Source of the DNA: Phoronis australis
Taxonomy: Eukaryota > Animalia > Phoronida
Length of the DNA stretch: 64,000 bases
Direction: 5' to 3'
NCBI GenBank assembly: GCA_002633005.1
Contig: NMRA01000082.1
Location: forward strand, 472,576-536,575
The notes beneath the pieces were generated by a model. That model saw nothing but the letters and a program-made list of their open reading frames with translations. It searched no databases and had not been told where the DNA came from. Shown in pieces: positions 57,376 to 64,000 of the stretch; positions within the stretch are counted from its first letter, which is position 1, and each line of letters starts with the position of its first letter. Made by a program: the position numbers and the translations under genes.

Positions 57376-58065
57376 TGACTCGAAAGCAATTTAGACTTAA
57401 AACTTAGAAAAAATACGAACCATTTTGTGACACCTAATCAAGCCTTGAACAGCAGTTGACAATCAAACAAAAAAACACTTCAAAATTATTTCAACTATTT
57501 TTTAGCTTAGTGTAAGATCACCTGAATGGAAAATTCACAGTAAAATAATTCAAATATATCTTATATTTTTGCACCAAAATAAAAACATGAAAATTGAACA
57601 AAGTTCCTTTTTTGTAGCAACGTTTGTCAAAATGTATCAACGGTCAATCTTCACAAATTACAAAGTAACAGGCTGAACATGCCTTCCAGTTCAGCAAAAG
57701 TCGCCATGTTGTCGGTGCCGCCAGAAATGAGACGAAGTCCAACGGGAATTGTGAACAAATTTATCACTTAATAAGAAGCAACTGTGAGGCTGAAATTTGG
57801 TGAAAACTGTTGAATCGTGCAGAGTAGTAAGTAAAGATTGTTTCACTAAATTTCAACGTAAATTGTTGGCGAAAACAATTTACACAGTTTTAAACTCGTA
57901 ACTTATCCCGCCGTCCTCCAATATGTCCAACGCGATCCAAACAAAGTGACCCAAATTTCGCCACAAAAATTGCAATAACTTTACACTGCTTGCCCCGATT
58001 TTTATACCTTTCGATTTTTTACTGAGTAGATTGCTCTACCGTTCCGATGATAGCAAAGTACTCTT

Positions 58066-58130
58066 TCAAAACGAAAAAAAATCAAAACGAAAAAAAATCA
58101 AAACGAAAAAAAATCAAAACGAAAAAAAAT
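58066..58130 (+). repeat. tandem repeat (CAAAACGAAAAAAAAT) x4
   Basis: Direct reading. (AG)n follows at ~58205-58224. Confidence 0.85.
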
Positions 58131-58639
58131 TGGTTCGACTCATATTGGTTCCTAGGTTTGACCGCCCTACGTAAGGAACTAAACACCGATGTTATTTTAG
58201 CATAAGAGAGAGAGAGAGAGAGAGAAAACGCTTTTATTTACAGTACATAATAATAATACATTGATTAAAATTTGATTTCATAACAAGTAGGCCTACGCGT
58301 AACATTCCAAAAAATTCAACGGCCACTAACTACAAAACATAAATACACTACATATGCAAAGAATCACGAGATATTACTCATAAAACAAAATAATGAAGAC
58401 TTTTAGCACATTCAGTCACGAGAAAAAAATGGCGGCGTTCCTGAACTGACGAGCCGGAAGTGTGGGTACGGAAATAACCGATGACAGCCGGTAATTATAC
58501 GCTCAAAGAAAAGGTCAAATACTGTTAAAATCGCTTTTAGCACGAAAGGCGTAAAGAATATAAAGAAAGTGTATCGAAAATAAGATTTTATTTAGTAAGT
58601 ATTTTCGGACACTGGAACCACATTGGGATTTTGAGACAA

Positions 58640-58888
58640 GGGGGCTGTTCCAAGAAACTGACTTAAGTTCATTTTTGACTTAAGTCTAAGATTTGTCTTA
58701 ATTTCCAAACTTTGAAACTTCCACATTTGGAAAGTTACTCAAAATTAAGACAAAACTTGGCTCATACACTTAAGTCAAACTTAAGATCTCTTTCTTGATT
58801 TGGTTTTGAGACAAATTTAACTTTTATTTTAAAATTTACTAAAATTTAAGATTTGTCTTAGCTAAGTCAGTTTTGTTGGAACGGGCCC
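58640..58888. mobile_element. Harbinger-like MITE with internal palindromes
   Basis: gggggctgttccaagaaactgacttaag at the left pairs with ctaagtcagttttgttggaacgggccc at the right. Confidence 0.6.
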
Positions 58889-60559
58889 ATGGACTTTAAT
58901 CGGAAGTTTGGCGACTATAGGAATAGTCTGGGTTGACACGTCATCGATCGATTTGAAATATTTTAAAGTTCCTAAAGATCAAAAATGAGAATACAATAGC
59001 GTTTTGCAAAACTTCACGTTTCATGTACCCTTTCCTCTGCCAGAATTGTGAAACGATCCAGAAATAATCCCGATGAAGGCTTTTCTGTCCTTGGTTCCGA
59101 AAGAGTCCACGTAAGGGCTTCATGTCGTTGGGGACTTATACTTATTAAAAAATCTCCTGTTCAAGTTCAGGGGAAGAACTGACGTAAAGTCCGTTTACCG
59201 AAACAAAAGTCTGCTTCCAATTAGAATTGAACAGTAGAAATCTACTCATAATGTGTCACATTTTTAACTGCCAGAAGACTAGGTCGTTTATCCTCCCCAT
59301 TCCGTTGTTATTTGACATATGGGAAGAGAAAGGGTATGTCAAATAGCTAATGGATGTTAATACCAAAATGACTTGAATAATGTTTGATTAGTATTTTGGT
59401 AAGCACCGTCCAATCCATGACTTCCTGAAACTTTTTTATTTTGCAAATGAAAATTCGAATATAACATTTTAACCAATACGGTGCCATTTTCTGAGGGACT
59501 ACTCTCTGTCAAAAATAAGTTTATATTTTGGTAAAAAATTGTCTCTTAGTGAAATGGAGGTGATTAAAGGATTAAAAATAACTCAAGGTTTGGTATTTTG
59601 TTGGACCAAGCTCCTAAAATTTTAGGTCAAACCATGTTTAGAAATTTTATGAACTAGGTGAACTAATCAACAGTTCATCCCGAGACCAGAGATGGCGTCT
59701 AAATCGAGTGACAACGCAAAACCAATTTTATTAGAGTAAATGACCCAAAAGAAAACTTGTCTGACACAAACCACTCGCTTGGGTTTTTGTGTGTATTGCA
59801 AACATGCTCGTGTGATATAATTTACAGGTATGATGTCTTGACAAAATACCAAAAAATCAAATCTTTCAGGCTTTATACTTTTAGAAAATGTATAATTTTT
59901 CTGAGTTAAAATTTTTAGTTATACAGCTAATTGGTTATGGTAGATTGATAAAATACCAAAAATCAAACCCTACAGGCTTTTATTTTTAGAAAATTTATAC
60001 TTTTGCGAGTTTCAATCTATAGTTATGCAGCTTTGTTGGTTAAATCACCAGATTTGTCAATATCGTCCTAAATAACTTTAAAGACAATGTTTCCTTTACT
60101 TTCACCTACTTAAAACACAAAATGAGCTTTTCCAATCGAAAGGTATCTCTAAAATTAACACTTTTCGTAAATGATAGCCGTATACGTACTCCCGTTACTG
60201 GCCTATTAAAAATACTAAATGTGACATTCGCATCCAGTTCTCTGCAACAAAGTTATGGTCTCTAACCTTCGACAACCCTCAACAATTTGGAGCAAATTTT
60301 GAATTTGTTTTCAAGGTCTGCTAAACGGTCAAAGCGGGACCTACATTTCTAGCGAATTGCTTGCAACTGTGGGAAAATACCACCGACCAAGGACCACAGT
60401 GCCTAATTCGTGAGATAGGGGTATGAGTTTTTGGATGATTCGTACTTTTGTCTTTCACCATTGACACCCATTATGCATTAACAAGTGACAGAATGATTGA
60501 ACGAATTTATCAAAACACGGTCTAGTATCGGTAGAAAAATAAACAAATCTATTACTGGA

Positions 60560-61417
60560 CTTACGGTTACATAAAGATGCCTACGTTACGTCCTCCTTTC
60601 GAGAACTTCATCAGGCCACTAAGTTGTCACGTGACTCGTCATGTGATCTGTTGCACAGTTTTTGCGGGATCCTCTTGAGTGCCCTATCCCACGTCCTAGG
60701 CAAGAGAAACCTCAGCCCCCCTGTCTGTTGAGGCTAGGATTCTCAATTCTCTCGTGAATAGCTTCTTTGACCCTTCTCCTAAACCAATGCTCCTCTCTAT
60801 CTAGGATCTTGAAAACTTCTATGGCGAAAGAGTGGTCTGTGGCAGTCATATGACTAAAAACTGCAGAATCATAGCAGTCCCCATAACTGGACCTACGATG
60901 TTGGTTGATACGACTTTTCAGGGGTTGTTTGGTTTCTCCAATGTATGCTTTCCCACAACCTGGTTCCAAGCATGAAATGCCATACACCACATTTGATATT
61001 TTCTCTTTCGTGGTATTGTCTTTCACATTCATCAGCTGACTCCTTCTGGTGTTAATAGATTTGAATGCAGCAGAAATATCGTGGCCCCTCATATGCGATT
61101 TAACCTAGTCTGAGATCCCTGGCACAAAAGGTAATGTTGTCCTGATGTTTCCCCTGCTGTCAAGTGTTCTGACTGAGGCCTGACTCCGAAATGGTTTGCC
61201 TTGTGGAATGACCACTCGATCAGGATAGCCACATCTCTTTACTGTTCTGTTGTAGTCCAATTCAACACCATTGTCTTCCTCCGTGTTGGGGATGGTTCTC
61301 GCACGATAGTCCAACGTTCTAATCACGCCCAGTTTGTGGATCAAAGCGTTATTCGTAGCAGCAACTATTTCGTTTCCGCAGTACTGTTTAATAGCAGCTT
61401 GCTTATAGCACATACAT
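60560..61417 (-). mobile_element. decayed Poseidon-type Penelope-like element (RT C-terminus and GIY-YIG) with degenerate hammerhead at 60578-60617
   Basis: HKLGVIRTL..RA, CGYP, LPFVPGIS and SNVVYGISC..CGKAYIGETKQPL..RINQH..WFRRRVKEAIH..PSLNRQGG. Reverse complement at the 3' end reads gcc TGATGA a GTTCTC gaaag GAGGAC GtAA CG TA ggc. Confidence 0.85.
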
Positions 61418-62119
61418 CAGTGGCGGATCTAGGATACCATATAACAACGCCAGAAATTTGTAACATGCAATACTGCGTATGCGCTAAATCTTGCCAGCAG
61501 CCCTCCATAAGAAATACACAAGAACAGGCTATAATCAGGAATTTATAAGTGAGGGGAGATAACTACACAATTTGCCGATAGCCTGTCGCATAGAGTGTAT
61601 GTTAAGACTTGTTGCTGCCAAATATCAGCGTCATTGGTGAAATTTTTTCCACGTCTCTTGAAGTTTGAAATTTGCCCCGTTCAGGCCTATGTTAACGATC
61701 GTCCGGAAGCCAATATTTGAGCGCATAGCTCATTTTGAAGTCAAGTTTGTGGCTGAATTCAGTTTGCCATCGAATTTACCGATAGCCTAGGTGATTACCA
61801 GGAGTACTCAGAGGTTGCTGATCCAAATTTCATGCTGTGTTTCGAAATTTTTTCCACGTCTCTTGTGTTCAGAAAATGGATCCACGTACAGTGCTGTGAG
61901 ATGAAATGTTGCCGATCGCCTGGCTGTCTTGCAATGGAATTTGCACTCTGTATAGACGAGAGATTATAGCTCAAAATCGGTAAGAAACTGTTATGTTCAT
62001 TTTCTCATCCGGTATGAGTTTAGAAATTCTTTCGAAGTTTGAAAAAAATTCGGATTTGATACAGTTTTATGCAGTTTTTTGCCTGTGAGTAGTTGATCCT
62101 AGTTATCTTCAAAATGTTG

Positions 62120-63121
62120 CAGTGGCGGATCTAGGATATCACAAGGGGGGGGGCAACATTTTGTCCGGCTGGAAGCATTTGCACAAACTGAACCACGATT
62201 GTAGATGCGCATAGCACCGAATGGGGGGAGGTTGGGAGGGGGGTTTGCCCCCCTCCCGCCCAGGAAATTTTTCTGTTTTTACCGCTAAAAATCATGCATT
62301 TTCCTTGATTCCTGAAGTATTATCCAAGAAAAAAAGGCAAAAAAACACGGAGAACGTGTCAAACAGGAAAAAATGCAAGTACCAAAGACTCGAACTCACG
62401 ATCTGGCGGATAGAGCGCGCGCACGTTACCACTACACCACCACGATTTAACGACTAGTCTCGTACTAAAAGACTTACTTGTTTATGGGCCACAGCGTTTG
62501 CGCGCGAAACCTACTTCTTTTTGTAATGCTTATTACACGTTTTATATTTTGTGCCATCAATTCGTAACAAATTTGTCGTATTTGAAATAGTCTTCAAATG
62601 CCCAAAAGACCAAATCCATTTTTCGTGTTGGCAATAATGACGGGATTGCTTTGGAAATCATCTTAAGATAAGGTTTGACAAAGAGAGTATTGCGAGTTTC
62701 TGAGTGATTCACTAAGGCTTCGTTTAAAATTCACATCTTACCAGCAGCTTCTGTTTTTTCATCGTCACTCAGGTTCCATTTTCTTTAAAAAATGAAGTAA
62801 ATTTTCTTCATTGCACAGTGGAGCAGACGACGGAAACGGAGTCGTAGTGCACAGCGCTACTGCCGGTCGCCTAGGATATCGCGGGAGATTCTATACTTAG
62901 CCACAGTTCCGTTACGAACGCGCGGTGTTCCGAATTTGACACTTTGAAATTGGATATGAGCCCCCCAACACTAAAACTGCACACATTTAAATCTTTTTTC
63001 ATCCGCATAACTTTAGTTACCGGTGTTAATTAATAAACTCACCATTTCCCTACGCTCTTACTGTTTTATTTTTTGCGGCAGCCAAGGGGGGGGGGGCAGG
63101 CCCCCCCTAAATCCACCTATG
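62120..63121. mobile_element. ~1-kb non-autonomous DNA transposon, CAGTGGCGGAT end, 5-bp TSD TGTTG; probably nested in a related element starting at 61418
   Basis: tgttg|cagtggcggatctagga ... ctaaatccacctatg|tgttg. An identical left end cagtggcggatctaggata occurs at 61418 and a similar right end at ~63760. Confidence 0.7.
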
Positions 63122-64000
63122 TGTTGTTTCGTTTTTTGTGATCCACAGAACGTTGTCCTTCGTATTAATTCAATACTGTTACATTGGAGTGGATTCCGGA
63201 CACAAATGTGTATTGGCAAACATTTGAAGATTAATAAAAAAGCACTTTGGCAGCCCACTTAATCCAAGCACGTCGGCTGGCTTGCGTTCAACTCACTGAC
63301 TTTTGTTATGGTTATGTGTACATGTAGGCCTACAAGTTAACAGAGAGCTGTGACCCCAATGACCCAGCTAGCACTGTCATACTGTAGACTGTGAAATTCC
63401 AGAAATTCCAAATACTGTAGTGTTATTGTAAACTTGACAAGTATTGCTCTGCGCAGACTACATACTGACTTCAATCGGACTCACGGTGACTGGCGCCCAA
63501 GCTTCCTGACCTTTAACCTTACTATGCGTTGTTATGATTGGTTAGGGTCATAGCGCTAAGTGTCACCTAGCGGATCAAGAATGTTACAAATTTCTAGCGT
63601 TGAGGGGGGCCCAACATGTTGCCTCGCGGAGAATTGTGCAAAGCGCGATTGTATGCACAGGTGGCCCGAATGTTGCGGGGCCTGGCGGTGCACTCGATAT
63701 TTCTTCACGATGTTGCTGTTTAATTTTGCTTGCAGCTGCTCCCCCCTAAATCTGCGTATGTAGGCCTACATGCCAATTTAAACGGTGTGTTATTCATACT
63801 GTAAGGATACAGGACAGTATCATGAACAAAAGTCATCGACAGTAGAAAGATGCACTCCGAAAAGGCGCATGCACAATTTCTGGGATTCACATTTCCTGAA
63901 CAAATTTCAAGCAACAATTTGTCTGTGCAACAAACCACATAAACACTTGCTCCACCAGCCATGCCAGTTTGTTTGCGTGAAGCGCTGCCTGTTGAGAATT

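Noticed and set aside
58445-58480. ctgacga..ggaaa as a further hammerhead
   Set aside because: Stem II is only 2-3 bp, with no stem III or stem I pairing.
61418-63760. Outer 2.3-kb transposon as a fully defined element
   Set aside because: The ends look related but the flanks (tacat versus taggc) do not form a TSD, so it is mentioned only as a possibility.

Overview
AT-rich, intron-containing eukaryotic DNA, most likely from an invertebrate bilaterian draft assembly with N gaps. Four spliced genes were reconstructed by hand from GT-AG sites with consistent phases. (1) The 3' part of WDR93/CFAP297 (+). (2) A complete RBM8A/Y14 (-); its 5' end recurs across an N gap, probably as an uncollapsed allele. 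(3) A ZNF710/ZNF366-family C2H2 zinc-finger gene (+). (4) A CD38/CD157-family ADP-ribosyl cyclase with a signal peptide and probable GPI tail (+). The rest is transposon-derived: three Penelope-like retroelement (PLE) relics, minimal hammerhead ribozymes, decayed L1/Tx1, CR1-like and RTE-like LINE pieces, a Helentron-type HINE, and MITE families with 5-, 6- and 9-bp target-site duplications (TSDs). The most notable observations are an array of frame-preserving cassette exons and microexons with TGCATG motifs in the 10-kb WDR93 intron, a PLE carrying an OTU-protease-like module, an inverted hammerhead pair, cyclase-type active-site substitutions in the CD38-like enzyme, and possible ancient WDR93-RBM8A-ZNF710 linkage. 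All homology calls are from recalled motifs, not database searches.
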